Below are positions 1 to 12,595 of a stretch of DNA of 64,000 nucleotides, piece after piece (within the stretch, counting starts at the first letter, position 1; each line of letters starts with the position of its first letter). Both the position numbers and the translations under genes were made by a program. The notes below the pieces were generated by a model. It worked only from the letters and a program-made list of their open reading frames with translations. It was not told the DNA's origin and did not search any database. Location: assembly GCA_003971905.1 (NCBI GenBank), contig RSEE01000002.1, positions 124,001-188,000 on the forward strand, in the 5' to 3' direction. The stretch is from Moniliella sp. 'wahieum' (Eukaryota).

Positions 1-176
1 CGACCGAGGCTTCCATCAGCCCTGGCTCTAAGGTTCGCCTGCGTATTCTCGGTCTTCGGGCCGAGGCGAGCGAAATTTACGTGATGAATCCTGCTTGAAA
101 TGCTCTTCTCACAACTTCCTGGTGCCAGTTTGCCATTGGAACGATGAAAGAGGACTTTTTGGGACCAACCGAGTAA
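1..176 (+). CDS. RPB7: RNA polymerase II subunit Rpb7, 3' end (partial; probable intron about 81-128)
   Basis: Frame from nt 3 reads TEASISPGSKVRLRILGLRAEASEIY; after an intron ending in CCAG (128) it reads FAIGTMKEDFLGPTE*. This matches the Rpb7 C-terminal S1-domain signature (KVRLKI.G.R....EIFAIG..KEDYLG). Not in the ORF track. Confidence 0.85.
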
Positions 177-974
177 GGACGAGAACATGGACCACTTTGT
201 GGCAATCAGGGGGGGTCGAGACTCTACGTCCCAAAAAGTGAGCCGGGAGGGCTGGCTCTGCCACCTCGATTGGTTGTCGCTTGCATACCACGTCCCCCTC
301 GCTGCCGTGTTCCATGCCTCTGCGTCCCTTGCTCCCTATCGTACGTTACCGCATACCGCTCTCATTCGTATTTTTATAGCGTTCTCTAAATAACACACAT
401 ACGTAGAACATACATTTAGTAGGGAGGGTCTTGAATAGGAAAGAGCGAGACGCCGAATCCCTGTAAACACCAAATTTGCAAGGATGCAAGAGACTCCACT
501 AGGGGATAATGAGAACAAGCGAACAGCAAAGAGAAGTCAATAATTATCACTCCCGGTCGCATATTGAACCTACACTTGCGAGGTAGGCAATAATCAACGC
601 CCCAGTCCCAAAAACACGCAGATCACCTACTCCCTCTCATCAGCAACGCCTATGAAGCAACGCTTATGACAGATCCGAGTCATTTTGGGGATCTGGGGCG
701 GTAGAACAGGCCACAGAAGAGATGAGCTGCGAAGGATGAAATCCTTTTCTGCCCCATATGCTACGGGTCATAGAGCTATATCACAATATTAGTGTAGAAC
801 AGTGCTCCCGGTAATGAGGCTCCCTCAGACGACTGACGTCTGTCTTGTGATACTTAGCCAGGCCATCCAACTCTCAAAGTGCAAACGGCCACCTTGCCGG
901 TAAGTCGCACCGCCATAAGGAAAGAATCTCATCACGCAGGTAATGTGGCCAGTCAATCAGTATCAGAGTACTCA

Positions 975-2008
975 CTACTGACCCAGTGGAAACCACTTGC
1001 TGAGCGCGGCAAAAAGAGGTGCCCTCTGCTCTTTGAGGCCACGTTAGGGGAGATGGCAACCGGCTTCAGGGTATTGCTGAACAAATTGGCCACCCCTACT
1101 TTGCGGGGATCCTCTCCGCCGGGTAGCGCGCAGGATTGGTGCTACCCAAAACGGAACTTCGGCGTAACCCCCGGGCCCGGTTTTTGCGCCACGTATGGTA
1201 TCAGCATGACAGCCAACTGGCACCAGGAAACCCGGAAGATTGCAACGCGTTGGTGGCAAAGACGAAGCATGGAAAAAAGTGAGAAGATACGCAGGTTGGG
1301 ATGTGCTCAGCCAAGGTCTGTCGTCCACAGAATGTAACCGTCAGTCATTGCTTCCAGAAATGTGGCACAGGTTTCGGGCAAGGGAAACGGACTTGGGTGA
1401 AGGCATCAATGACGGCAGAGTCGCGTGCACCGCGAGAAGAAGCACCCCAGATGCCCTTATACACGCCCCTGCACTGGTAGCCTTCGAAAGGTCCAAGTCA
1501 TTTGGGTCGAGCAGCTTGGTTCCGCCTTGCCAGGGGGCAGTGATGCTCGTGATACTGCGCTGGACCAAACCACGTTGGGACAAGAGATAGGCAAAACCGA
1601 ACCGGCTTAAATCCTGGACGCAAAACGCGCGATCTAAGCCTGTTGAGGTGGTCAAGTCAAGGGCTTTGAGAGGTGGGCCCCCTGGGTGAGTACGACATGA
1701 TCCACTCCTTGACCCTTTGTTTCAGAGGCGATCTTGTCCACCACAGCCTCTACCTCCTTGGGCTCTGCCAAGTCAGCCAAGATATACGCTGCCGCCCATT
1801 GCCTTTCCCTCCAGAGATGCTTGCTTGAGCTTTTCAATAACTTGGGATGCGCTTCCTGCGACTCCCGACAACGAGAACGCTTGCTCCGGCTTGGGCAAAG
1901 CGCAAAGCAAACCGGCACCAATACCGCGTGTGCCGCCGGCAACGAGAACCTTCTGCCATCAAGGTCAACGGGGTGGTTGACGTTGGCAAGTTTGTTTAGG
2001 AAAGCCAT
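975..2008 (-). CDS. Short-chain dehydrogenase/reductase (NAD(P)-binding Rossmann fold), frameshifted in this assembly
   Basis: Joining frames gives MAFLNKLANVNHPVDLDGR.VLVAGGTRGIGAG.ALRFAQAGASVLVVG (GxxxGxG motif), then ADLAEPKEV, DHVVLTQG and GLDRAFCVQDLSRFGFAY. Probable intron near 1325-1390. Stop position inferred. Confidence 0.75.
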
Positions 2009-2411
2009 TGTGGATACGGCAGAAACACCAATGCCCACAGAAGGAGAACGTGTCAAACCTGCGTTGGCACGTTGGAAATGGTGGGTTGGCCGGTGGCGAT
2101 GGGTGGTAGGAAGATGCAACACTCCGCGTGCGTAATTTTGTACCTGTGGGCAAGAGGCCCGTGCGCCCGCCTAATCGCTCGGCACAATTGCATCATCGTC
2201 TCCAACAGCCGCCTCCTTTTTACTACTGTGGCGGAGTTAGGAGTCAAAAATCAGGCGTGAGGCCCCACTGCCAATCGTTCCACACCCTACTCAAATGATT
2301 CCCTCGAATACTATAAACCATACTACTTCCATGCGAAGACGGCACTTTATCATATAAAATCAATCAATGCAAGAACCCAGAGGATGGCGATGGAGGCAAA
2401 GGATAGTCTCA

Positions 2412-3856
2412 TCAAGCTTCTTGCCCTTCTTCCCCTTTCCCTTAGTCTTCGCCTTGGGTGCCTCAGTCGGGGCAGAGACAGCTGCCTCGGCAACTTTTTC
2501 CCTTGCCTTCCTTCTTGTTCGACTTGGGGCGGTGGAGGGGAGGGCGACCTCACCTTGGCCTTGCTTTTCTCGGACGAGGTGTGTTCGTCGCATCCTTCTC
2601 CGCATCGGCTGTCTCCGCAGACCCAACTTCTTTCGATTGGGTGGTAGCCGTCTCCTCCCCAACCGGTGCGTCCTTAGCCTTACGCGTTCTTGCTCTCCTT
2701 CTCGGGCTTCGTCGCGTCGTCTGTGTCCTCAGACGCGCGCTTGCGTTTCGGTGCAAGCAACTCAGGAGCGAAGTCGGGGTTACCAATCTCTTCAGCGGCC
2801 TTCATCAGGTCTGCAGTCTGGGTCTGGGCCCACTTCGATGCGCGAGCTTCCGCCTGATCCCGGGTCTTCTCCAGTTCGGTCCCCTTCAGGTTCCAGCGTG
2901 ACAGATCTTGCGTTGCTTGCTCCTCCTTTCCATCCTTACTCTTGTCGTCTGCAGGAGGGGCACTAAGGAAAGTTCCACATGGGAGTGAGCCGACCGAGCC
3001 AGCTTGACATCCAGAGCTTGAATGTTGGACCAACACCAGGCAGATGCTCGACAAGTGCAGGAAGCGCCGTGCGCAAGTTTTCGGTCAATTGTTCCGGCGT
3101 GTGGGCACGCAAGTGACCGATGCGGAGCGCCACGCTGACACCGCGAGCGGGAATGTAAGCGGTGCAACCGATTGCAGCCTCAATAGTGGACTTGATCTTC
3201 TCCGGGTCGCGCAGATTAAGCAGGAGCGGGCTGCTTTTTCGAATCAAAAAACTTGGAACCAAGCAGGCGAGGAAGGATCGGGGTCAAACGGTCATCGGCC
3301 AAAAACAGGTCGTAGTCGTTCATCAGTCGGCGCCGGGCATCAAACGCCTTGAACTTGCCTTCCAGCTTCGTCACGCCCACCACACGGTCCACAGACGTGA
3401 CCCGCCTCGGCAAGCGTATCCTTCCACCACCGCTGAGGTCGGCGTAAAAAGGCAGACGGTGCGCTTGCCTGGGCCGGAACCCGTGAGTGGGTGGGCAAGC
3501 GGGATGCGATAGGGTTTGAGCCGCTTCTCGGTACCGCCCTCCTTGAGGGTGACGTTGACAAAGACCGACAGTTTCTTGTCCGACACGTCTCCATCGCGAA
3601 GTTCTTCGGCCGTCTGTGGGCCTCCCGCCAGAAGGTCGTTGGGGCCGTCACCCTCAGACATGATCTTGATCTGGTATGCGAGCAAAGCCGAAAACGCCTT
3701 GGTCGCCTGAGCGCCACTCACATGGCCCGCAATCAGCTCCTCCTGTTTCGCGGGGGGAGTAGTCTTCGCGGGAGAAGGAGCAGACGCGGCTGACGGCTGA
3801 GCCTTTTTGTCGGCAGCCTTCTTGGTGGCCTTTTTGGTTTTGGGGGCAGGCGGCAT
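2412..3856 (-). CDS. Ribosomal protein L1 domain-containing ribosome biogenesis factor (RSL1D1/Utp30/Cic1-like)
   Basis: Fragments KPYRIPLAHPL, VCLFT, DRVVGVTKLEGKFKAFDARRRLMNDYDLFLADDRLTPILPRLLGSKFFDSKKQP and RIGHLRAHTPEQLTENL, plus Lys-rich termini, spread over several frames. Confidence 0.88.
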
Positions 3857-4269
3857 GGTAGACACAGGTGGGGAGAGAGTAGAGAAAGGCAAGGCGAGCA
3901 CCAGCAAACAAAACAAACCACGCGCTCACTGAAGAAAAAAAATTAAGTGAGACAAGCGGCGGAACGGACGGGGGGGCCAGCCGAGGCGGAATGTGGGCCT
4001 AGCGCCATTTCCAGCTGAACAAGTAGTGGCCAGGAATCAACAGAACGACCGCCATCTCCTTGCCCTCCACGCCATTAGCAAACTGGGCTCATGTCTACGC
4101 GCGCTGGATGGACGATCTCACAGCGGGCATGTGGTCTCGTGGTTAAATACGACTCGATTGCCATGTGTGCTTTGGCTAGACGACCTGCTGCCTCCCCCGT
4201 GCTCCCGCCCAACTACAAGTTCATGCGATTCGTTCACTCCTCAGCCAGCCCATTATCTTCCTCCTCTCT

Positions 4270-5513
4270 CATGGATTGTCCACTTCCAACGCAGGCGAAA
4301 CTTCTGGTGCCCTTAAGGGTGCTACGGAGTCGTTCCAGAATTATTCACCGGGCCAGGTGGTCCAAGAGCAGGGGGCCATGCGCAAGAAGGACAGCAATTT
4401 GCAGGCCTCTTCCACTACTATGGATGAAGGAATTGATACTCAGCCTCAACAAACAACCCATCCATAATCCGACTTCCCAATGGCGACTTCAAGAATACCA
4501 ACACGGATCGAACCGATGGTTTGGACGAACGCCTTCCACAACATCTACCTCCCTCCTTTCACAGCACAACAGGGGCGCAACAAACTATCTACCCCAAGGA
4601 ACGTGTCTTGCAACTTCAGAATATACCCTCTGAGTGGAGTAACTCGGACCTTGAGCAGCGGATTTTTTCATACCTTGAAGAAACACTACCCATCAATCCC
4701 CGCCACAATTGCTTTTCGTTGGGCATTCGCCTACGGAGGGCGACTCCAACAAACGATATGCTCTTTTGGGCTTTAATTCGGTCAACGACGCCGACGCGGC
4801 GCGCCTACAGCTCTCTGATTTGGAGCTCGAGCTTGGCATCACGTTGCACGTCCGACTCCATCATAGAGACTTCGCCCTTCCGCCCCCAAGCCGCAGCTGG
4901 CCTCCATCCGCATTATGGGTCTTAAGTCCAGCATGTCGTTGCAGATGTTGCGGAATCTGTTCCGCCATGATACGATGCCCGTGCCACACCCCGTTCACTA
5001 CTTTTTGTATCAGCGTGCAAACTTGCCAACGGGGCCGATATCGGTGATGGCGGTGGCTGTGTACACTGCTGGGGCGGACCTAGAACAGCATGTTCCAGCG
5101 CTCCGCAGGCTATTGGCAAACCAGTTGGGGATATTGAGCTGCACAGGCCTTTTGTCAAGACCCGTCCAACGCCACCTGGCACGCGGATTGTGGTGACGGA
5201 TTACCCGGTGCACACTACCTCCTACGACCTCTACCTTGCATTTTCGCATACGGCCCCGATTGAGTACATGCGCACGATTGGAAGCCAACATAGCCAGCGA
5301 TTTTGCTTCATTGACTTTGCTGACGAAGTGGACGCAATGACTGCCGCAACATACCACAACCGTTACATTGCAGGTAGCCGAATCTGGGTACGCCGCGTCA
5401 GCGCGACCTCGCGCATCAACGATGAAATGTCCAACACCGCCAACGCACTTGGCATGGAGTTTGTTCCCGAGGATGAAGAGCCCCTTGTGTCCCAGGAACA
5501 ACTCATACTTTAA
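4270..5513 (+). CDS. RRM-domain RNA-binding protein (2-3 degenerate RRMs); start uncertain
   Basis: RNP2/RNP1-like pairs: VLQLQNIPSEWSNSDL ... KRYALLGFNSVNDADAA, and LWVTDYPVHTTSYDLYLAFS ... RFCFIDFADEVDAMTA. Consecutive + ORFs link through frameshifts. Confidence 0.65.
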
Positions 5514-6241
5514 CAAATCTGTGAAACAGCAGTAACTGTTGCAATCACCGGGTTTCGTGCCTCAGTGAGGCAACTTACCCTGGATTTCACAATCATACCA
5601 CACCCTACTGTAGGCAAACAGTCCTGATGTATAAACTGGGTACCGATTCACACTCCAACCGCGGTCTATAGGCCATTGAAGTCTAGCGTTTCGTAACGTA
5701 GCCAACGAGACAGGAATAAGCCGCAATAAAACTGCGATTACTGGACGCGTGTTATAACAGAGCGGGGGCCGGGAAGAGCGACACCTTGTTCACTGACGAT
5801 ACAAGATGTCAGCCCTATGGCGATCATGAGAGGAAGCTATATGCCTTGTGCACGAAGCTCATCTACACGAGGACCCTGACAGCGCCCCCCATGCGTGTAT
5901 CTATAGAATTGTTCTACGTTTACGGTGACTCGTAATGCCATTATCATACCAATACCAGTCGGTGCCTCTTCGCAGAGAGACCACGGGCTGGAACACGGCT
6001 GTAGAAAGAAGATGGGGAATAAGTATTGATCGGAGATGAGGCAGGGTTGCCCTGGTAGTTGGATCAGGAGGTAATTCACCTTTGCATTTGCAGGAAAGAA
6101 CAGGCTAGACATATGAGCACGCATGGTATGAGCCCGAGAGAGACCGGAGTGAGGCATGTGAACAAGTGAGACCAAGCGGAGGAGAGGGCGGGAACGGGGG
6201 GCAAAAAGAAAAAGTAACATTGGCTAGAGATGAGAAGAGGA

Positions 6242-7902
6242 TCAAATGACGCCGTCGCGCAAAAGCTGGTCAATCTCCTCCTCCTGTTCAATTTCTTCGC
6301 GCCTCCATCCACGTGCGCGCTCAACCGCCCGTTCCCAGCCGAGCACACCGGCGGCGCGAACTTCATTGGAAATAATGGGCTCGAACGTATGGCGGCCGGT
6401 AGTGTTGACCTCGTTAAGGGTTTCCGGCTTGCTGAGGTCCCAACCCCACAGCCCCAAAGCCGAACCCGCCATGAGTGCCGATCCCAATGCGGTCGACTCG
6501 CGCATCTGAGGACGCTCAATTGCGATCCCGAGAAGATCCGCTTGAATCTGCATCGCTTCGTCGCTGTTGGTCATGCCCCCATCCACCACAAGCGATTTGA
6601 GGCGAATGCCACTGTCCAACGACATGGCTTCAGGATCGCACGGGTTTGGTAGCAGTCGCTTCGATCGTAGCGCGACAAAAATGACGCCGGTCCGTGTATT
6701 GTGTGATACCCTGGAAGAAAAACGGAAAGTCAAGGTTAATTACTGTTGTGAACGTGAGAAAAGATAGTTACGCACCACGATCGTTCCAGCAGCCGTGTCG
6801 TCCCAGTAGGGGCAGAAGAGACCTGAGAAGGCAGTAACAAGTACACTCCTCCCGAATCCTCTACCTGGGCAGCCAACGGCCCAATATCGGAAGTAGTTGA
6901 ATCAAACCAAGCTGGTCTCGCACCCACTTGATCGCCGAACCCGCCACAGCAACCGAACCTTCAAGTGCATAGTAGACTGGGGCATTGGGGCCGGCCTGGT
7001 AGCAATAGTCGACAGGAGACCATTATCACTCTCGACCACCTGCTCACCGGTGTGGTAAAGCAAGAAGGCACCCGTTCCATACGTGTTTTTAGCCTCGCCG
7101 GGAAGAAGCATTTGTTCCCCACCAATGCGGCCTGTTGGTCACCCAGGATGCCGGCAATGGGCAGGCCATCGAAGGCGCCCCTTGAAATAGCCATACACCT
7201 CGGACGACGATCGAATTTCGGGCAAGCAGTTCATCTCAACGCCGAAGAACTCGCACAGATCCGGGTCCCAAGCCTGCTTATGCAGGTCCATCAGCATGGT
7301 GCGGCTGGCGTTGGAGCAGTCGGTAACATGTACCCCCCATTAGGACCAGATTTTCCTCCTGTAAAGTTGTAAACGAGCCACGTGTCGACGGTGCCAAACA
7401 TGAGATGACCCGCATCATGCACCTCGCGCACTTCGGGGAGATGATCAAGCATCCAACGCAGCTTGACAGCGCTGAAATAAGTGCTGAGAGGGAGACCGGT
7501 GGCCTCTTTGAGTACATCGACCCCGCGATGGTCAACCTTGCTCAGTTCATGCACTGTGGCAGCCGTACGCACATCGGGCCAGGCAATCGCATTATACAGG
7601 GGCCGACCGGTGCGGCGGTCCCAAACCAGTGGGTTTCGCGCTGGTTGGTGATCCCAACGGCGCGGACAGTGTATTGGATGCCGGTCTTGGCATTCTGGAT
7701 GGCGAGCTGGGCGACGGCATTGGCGACAACCTTCTGGCTTTTGTCGACCAGTTTCGTCCGGATCCTGTTCTTGCCATCCAGGGAAAGGGTAGAGTTGTGT
7801 GAACTCGACTTGGTCGGTGGCCAGAATGTTGGCGTGCTCATCAAAGATGATGCAGCGCACCGAGGTGGTGCCGGAGTCAATAGAAGCGACGCAGTCGGGC
7901 AT
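6242..7902 (-). CDS. GUT1: Glycerol kinase (FGGY family)
   Basis: [80 protein letters not shown] and RESTALGSA motifs occur in the expected order. Short intron near 6712-6775. Confidence 0.95.
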
Positions 7903-10483
7903 AGCAGCAGCAGGGGCAGATGTAGGCTGATACGGGCACAGGCGAGGTTGAGAGTGAAACTCAAGATGGCGGTGGTGGGAAAGAGAGGAAACGCAGAAGC
8001 AGTGGGCCGGAACCCGGATTGGCCCTTCCCGCGAGGGGGGGGGGGCTGCCCGCTTCTGCCGCTTTGGCCTCTGCCCCTGCCTCCGCCTACGCCGCCTCTG
8101 CCTCCGCTTCCGCCTCCACCTCCGCCTCAGCGGGCCTCAGCCAGGCAGTGCCACTGCGCCATCCAGATCGAGCACTGCTCCTATGCCTACCCCACAGGGC
8201 CTCTGACTTGGAAGGCGAAGTACCAGTGTACGGAGATACCCCATGCATCGAGTGTCTTGCACGGCCCACCGCACAGGGGCTGTATCGGGCCGCCCGCTGC
8301 CCAAGCCGGTACAGCATCCATGCGTTCGTGCGGCCAGCGGGGGCGCGGTAGCACCCGGTCTGTGCCGAATTGAGATATTGAAGGGGCGGGCGAGGCGGCG
8401 GTACAGGCCTGTGCAGCGCCAGTGCTGGCCCGTGCCGGAGGCTGAGCCGCTGAGCCGCGGACGGGTGAGTGTGGGCCAGTGCAAGGACAGCGGCGCTGTG
8501 CCCCGGGGCGGGCGGGCGCAGCCGCTGTTCCTTGCCACTCGCCCCGCGCGGGCACTGGCTCCGGCCCCGCGCTGTTCCAGATGCACCGACACCTGGCCCG
8601 CAGCCCCCGCAGCCCCCACACGCCCCACACGCCGCCTGGCCCCCCCGCTCGGGCTACCCATCGGGTGCTGACACAGGCACCACGCTGGCTGTGCTCGTTC
8701 GGGGTGTGGGAACCCTTCCATCGACTCGCCCATACTGCCTCGGTGGGTTGTCCCACCTCTGCTTCCACTCCCCTAATAGCGAGCCTCGCAGCAGGTCCAG
8801 GAGCTCTGTCCGGTCGGATTCCAAATTCCATCCGAGAATAGCCGACTCGCTCTTATCAGACGGCCGCGCACCAACGTACCCTCATCGACCTCATCGACTC
8901 GTTGATGATCACGGAGATCGTGGGGAGAATCCAGGAACCCGCGCCTGCGTCGCCTGCTATATGACTTCTGCGTGGGTATATATGGGTACGACCGTGCGCT
9001 CTTCTGTTCACGCGGGTCACGTGGACAACCTAGACAGTCTCACTTCAAGCTTCAAGTTTCGTACTCACACCAGACTCCCTTTTTTGCTCGCTTTGATGCT
9101 TCGTTAGACAGCATAATTTGCGTTACTTGACACTGCGACGCCTCTAGTACTACACAGGCGTATCCATTCGACAGGACCATAGCTTATACTCACCGGCACT
9201 TTGCATTCATATATCACACAGTCTGTCGGGATCAGACCCACCTCGTCACCCATAGTCACCACAGGTTGACTGGTCCCTACTGATGATTTGTTCTAGACCC
9301 TCTGTTTTCCCCCGTTGTCTATGCTCCCCTTTCTTTCTCTATGTAATTCAGCTCGCATGTTCTCTTTTTCAATGCGTGTATACCTCGCCCCCTTTCCACT
9401 CGAGGAATATGAACCTCATCATTTCCCCTATCTCCATCTCTTGTTACCGCCAAGTCACAGTGGCATGATGCCCTGGCTTTTCAGTTCCATTCATTGAAAC
9501 TCCTTGCATCACACCCGGTACTGAATGTCGGTCCGCACTAACATGGCCACCTAAACGCCTTAGTTGGGATTATAGTACCCAGCCCAACACCATGCCCGGA
9601 ATTTTCTTTTGGTCACGTAGGCCACATGTTGCTTGTCCAATTCGTAACTGCATCTGAGCAGAGCGTACAACATGCAGGCCGTGTACAGGCATGACTAGTG
9701 ACTCCAGTCAACCCTCTATAGGTCCTTCAGTGCATCCGGATCTACGTTGTTGGTGACCAGCGCCGGCCACAATGGCGATTGATCCTTGCGCATATGTCCA
9801 CCCCCCGGCCTGGTTCTCAAGTGGTGATCATAGAGACGCGAGAGCCCCTCGAGGGGCACCAAACGATCGTAAAAGTAGAAGAGCCTTTTACAACGGGGCC
9901 ACTCTCTGGGGTAGGCTTTTCATCAAACTAAGCCGGTATACCCCCGCAACGATGCCTTCGCTTGTCTCTCGTTGTAACGGGGTTGCTGGCTTCCCAGGAG
10001 CAGACCTTCCCTGCCCATTGGAGACAAGGTTCATGGAGGCCTGAACGTGTTTCAGATCCAAAGTCCAAGGAACACTGGCGTGAGCATAGGAGGGTCGCGA
10101 GTAGTACTTTGCTGATCTTCGGGAAGATCCAGGCAGTGTCTGCAAAGGAGGTTGCACGTTAGGGGTCGGGCGAGAAAGCGATGAGTTCCGATGGGCGAGG
10201 GAGGGCAAGCGAGCTGTGATCGAAAATGTGGCTTTTTTAGAGTGGAGTTTGCCTAGAAGAAGGGTGAAGGGAAAATGATGGTGGACGGCTTGGGCCATCA
10301 CAATTGGATCTAAAAGAACAGGCAGGCTGTATAGAAGAGAAGGGGAACAAAGGAAAAACCAACAGGTCTCTACAGCGAAAAGGGGAAACGAGTCAAGGGG
10401 GAGATGTGAGGACGAAGTACGACACGGGCGGGTGTGAAAAATTGAAACATGGGTCATGGCGGGATTGGAAAATGGGTAGATGG

Positions 10484-11308
10484 TGTTACGGGCCGCGTCG
10501 GATCCAAGATGGTCTGATCCTAGCTAAGGCCCGCCTGCTCTGCACCAACCCAGTGGAGCGCGCCCCCAAGCCCAACCAAGTTTGACGATGGTTGGTTGTA
10601 CCCTGTACGGTGGTCCGAGTTGCCATGCGTACGCGCGACAGTAGTCGCCTCCCGCCCAAGTCCAAGTCGGTGGTCAAAACGAGACCACCAAGTATTCAGT
10701 ATCTTTGCGACGTCCGTCGCCCGTCACCACTTATTTTCCTTTCTCGATCGCGCCTGCGGCGATCAACCCCTCTTTTGACGTGCCTTTCTTTCTACACCCC
10801 CTTTTGTGTCTGTTTCCCCTTTTTCGATTAAGCCTGTACCCCCGGTGGGTGGGGGATCTTTTCCTCCACCCTCCATTTCGTCCCTTTCCCGCCTATCCTG
10901 TCCGACTCCTGCCCGTTTCCAGCCAATTGATCCAGTACAGGCAGCTCTTCTTGTTAGCGTCCGACTTCTCCTCCGACCTCGTCCTCCAGCCCCTCGTCAA
11001 CCCCATCGCGCGAGCCCTCCTTTGGCCGCGGCGATTCCCAGTCTCAGTTAAGGCAGTGTTTGTCCGCCGCTGCCTCCTCCCGTCCCTAAGTCCCGGAGGC
11101 TTCAGACACGTTACTACGGCCCAAGCCGGTGCAGACGCAGCCTTGCCACACGTGCAGCCGCCCCACCAAAGGCCTCTCCTCGTCCCTAGCTCCGCTCGGA
11201 TACACCAACCAGCCCAAGCCCGAAACTACCGTGAGTCGTCCTTCCGTCTCCTAAGGGATTGTACCCCAAGAACCTGGGTGAGCCCCCTGGCGGGGCCCGC
11301 CCGTGACA
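10484..11308 (+). repeat. 5' LTR (825 bp)
   Basis: Starts TGTTACGGGC and ends GCCCGTGACA (9/10 inverted terminal match). Direct repeat of 16515-17393. Confidence 0.97.
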
Positions 11309-11328
11309 TAATGGAGGGTCCGGGGTTC
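11309..11328 (+). promoter_or_regulatory. Primer-binding site region
   Basis: TAATGGAGGGTCCGGGGTTC lies immediately after the LTR CA. 11310-11319 is the exact reverse complement of LTR 10868-10877. Confidence 0.7.
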
Positions 11329-11508
11329 CCTCGGCAGGTCCTCAGGGTTCTTCGTTATTGGGCTGGCCCCGCTGACTCCCACGCTGGTCGTGTCTTTCGC
11401 AGTCCACCGCTTTTCTCCCCCCAAGCGTTTCCCCACAGTCTCTTCGTCCCAGGGTGTTTCTACCGCACCTTTCCCTCTCCCCGTTTGGTCCTCAGGTTTC
11501 TGAGACTC

Positions 11509-12595
11509 ATGAGTCAGCCAAGCGAACCGATTTCAGGCCTTTACCAGAGCCAGCACGCGCGCGGGCAATCAGCCCGTCCCAACACCGACGTGGACCGCCG
11601 GTCCCAGTAGTCGTACCTTCCGCCTGAGCGATTTTCCTCTTTTCGCCCACACGGGCAACAACGTAAACGACCATGCAGCCGCGTGCCTTTTCCTGGACCG
11701 GATCCAGAGTGTGGCCAATCAAGCCGGTGTTCGAGACAACACCACCCTTATTCATCTGGCGTTGCTGCGCATGCCAGACTCAACCTCGACGTGGACCCGT
11801 CACCAAACCAGCGAGTTTAATCGTATCCATGGCCATGAGGGAGCTGACATTGACCCTGACGAAGCCGCCCGTTACCACCATCTCTACAGCTGGTCCGCCT
11901 TCCGTACGGTTCTCCTCCGTCGCTTCGGGGATATGCAGGCAGAGGAGCATGCCATGCAGCGACTGTTCGCGCTCAAGCAGGGGAACATGACGGTCGGTCA
12001 GTACGCGGATAAGTTCCAAGACATTCTCAGCGAGATTGAGGCGTATCGCGGCCAACCCGCAACGGCGATCAGTCTTTTCAAACAAGGCATGTCTCCGGAA
12101 TTACGTCGGGCCTACTTCTACGTCAACGCGTCGATGCATTTTCAAGAGCTGGATGATTTAATCGAGTGGGCTACCCGCACCGAGCCGTCGAAAGATCTTC
12201 TGCCCGGCAGCGACCGTTCCAGCAACTCGCGGTGGAACAACCACAGCTTCCAGTCGCGCTCGCGCAACAGCAACAGCAACAGCAACAGCAACCATGACTA
12301 CGAGCCGATGGACTTAGACGGAGCGGAGGTCCGTCCCCAGGGGCGTCGGCCTCGAATCAGCGACGAAGAGTACGCTCGCCGCCGCAACAACGACCTCTGC
12401 ATGCGTTGCGGAGAATCGGGTCATTGGCGTAACGAGTGCCCCTTGGGCCGTAATGGTCAGCGCTCCGGGCGGCGTGGCCGTCGGTTTCGGCCCCAAGGGA
12501 ATTCCAATTCGAACGGCTCGAACCAAGGGGGGTCGAGCCAGACGGGCCAAGAGGGCGGCTCGTCGTCGGGCGCGCCGGGGCAGGCGCGCAACTAG
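11509..12595 (+). CDS. gag: Retrotransposon Gag (capsid plus CCHC zinc knuckle); 5' part frameshifted
   Basis: LKQGNMTVGQYADKF (retrotrans_gag), the YEPMDLD motif typical of chromovirus Gag, and zinc knuckle CMRCGESGHWRNEC. ATG at 11509 is inferred. Confidence 0.9.

Noticed and set aside
7405..8373. 322-aa plus-strand ORF and other long GC-rich ORFs at 8000-9100
   Set aside because: Antisense shadow of glycerol kinase running into a GC-rich, stop-poor promoter with a (CCGCCT)n-like run; no domain recognised.
9715..10300. Possible minus-strand gene next to the LTR insertion
   Set aside because: Protein-like fragments only, with no recognisable family or clear splice structure.
10705..11610. 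301-aa ORF spanning the LTR and leader
   Set aside because: Pyrimidine-rich LTR sequence; the frame is not preserved in the 3' LTR and has no protein motifs.
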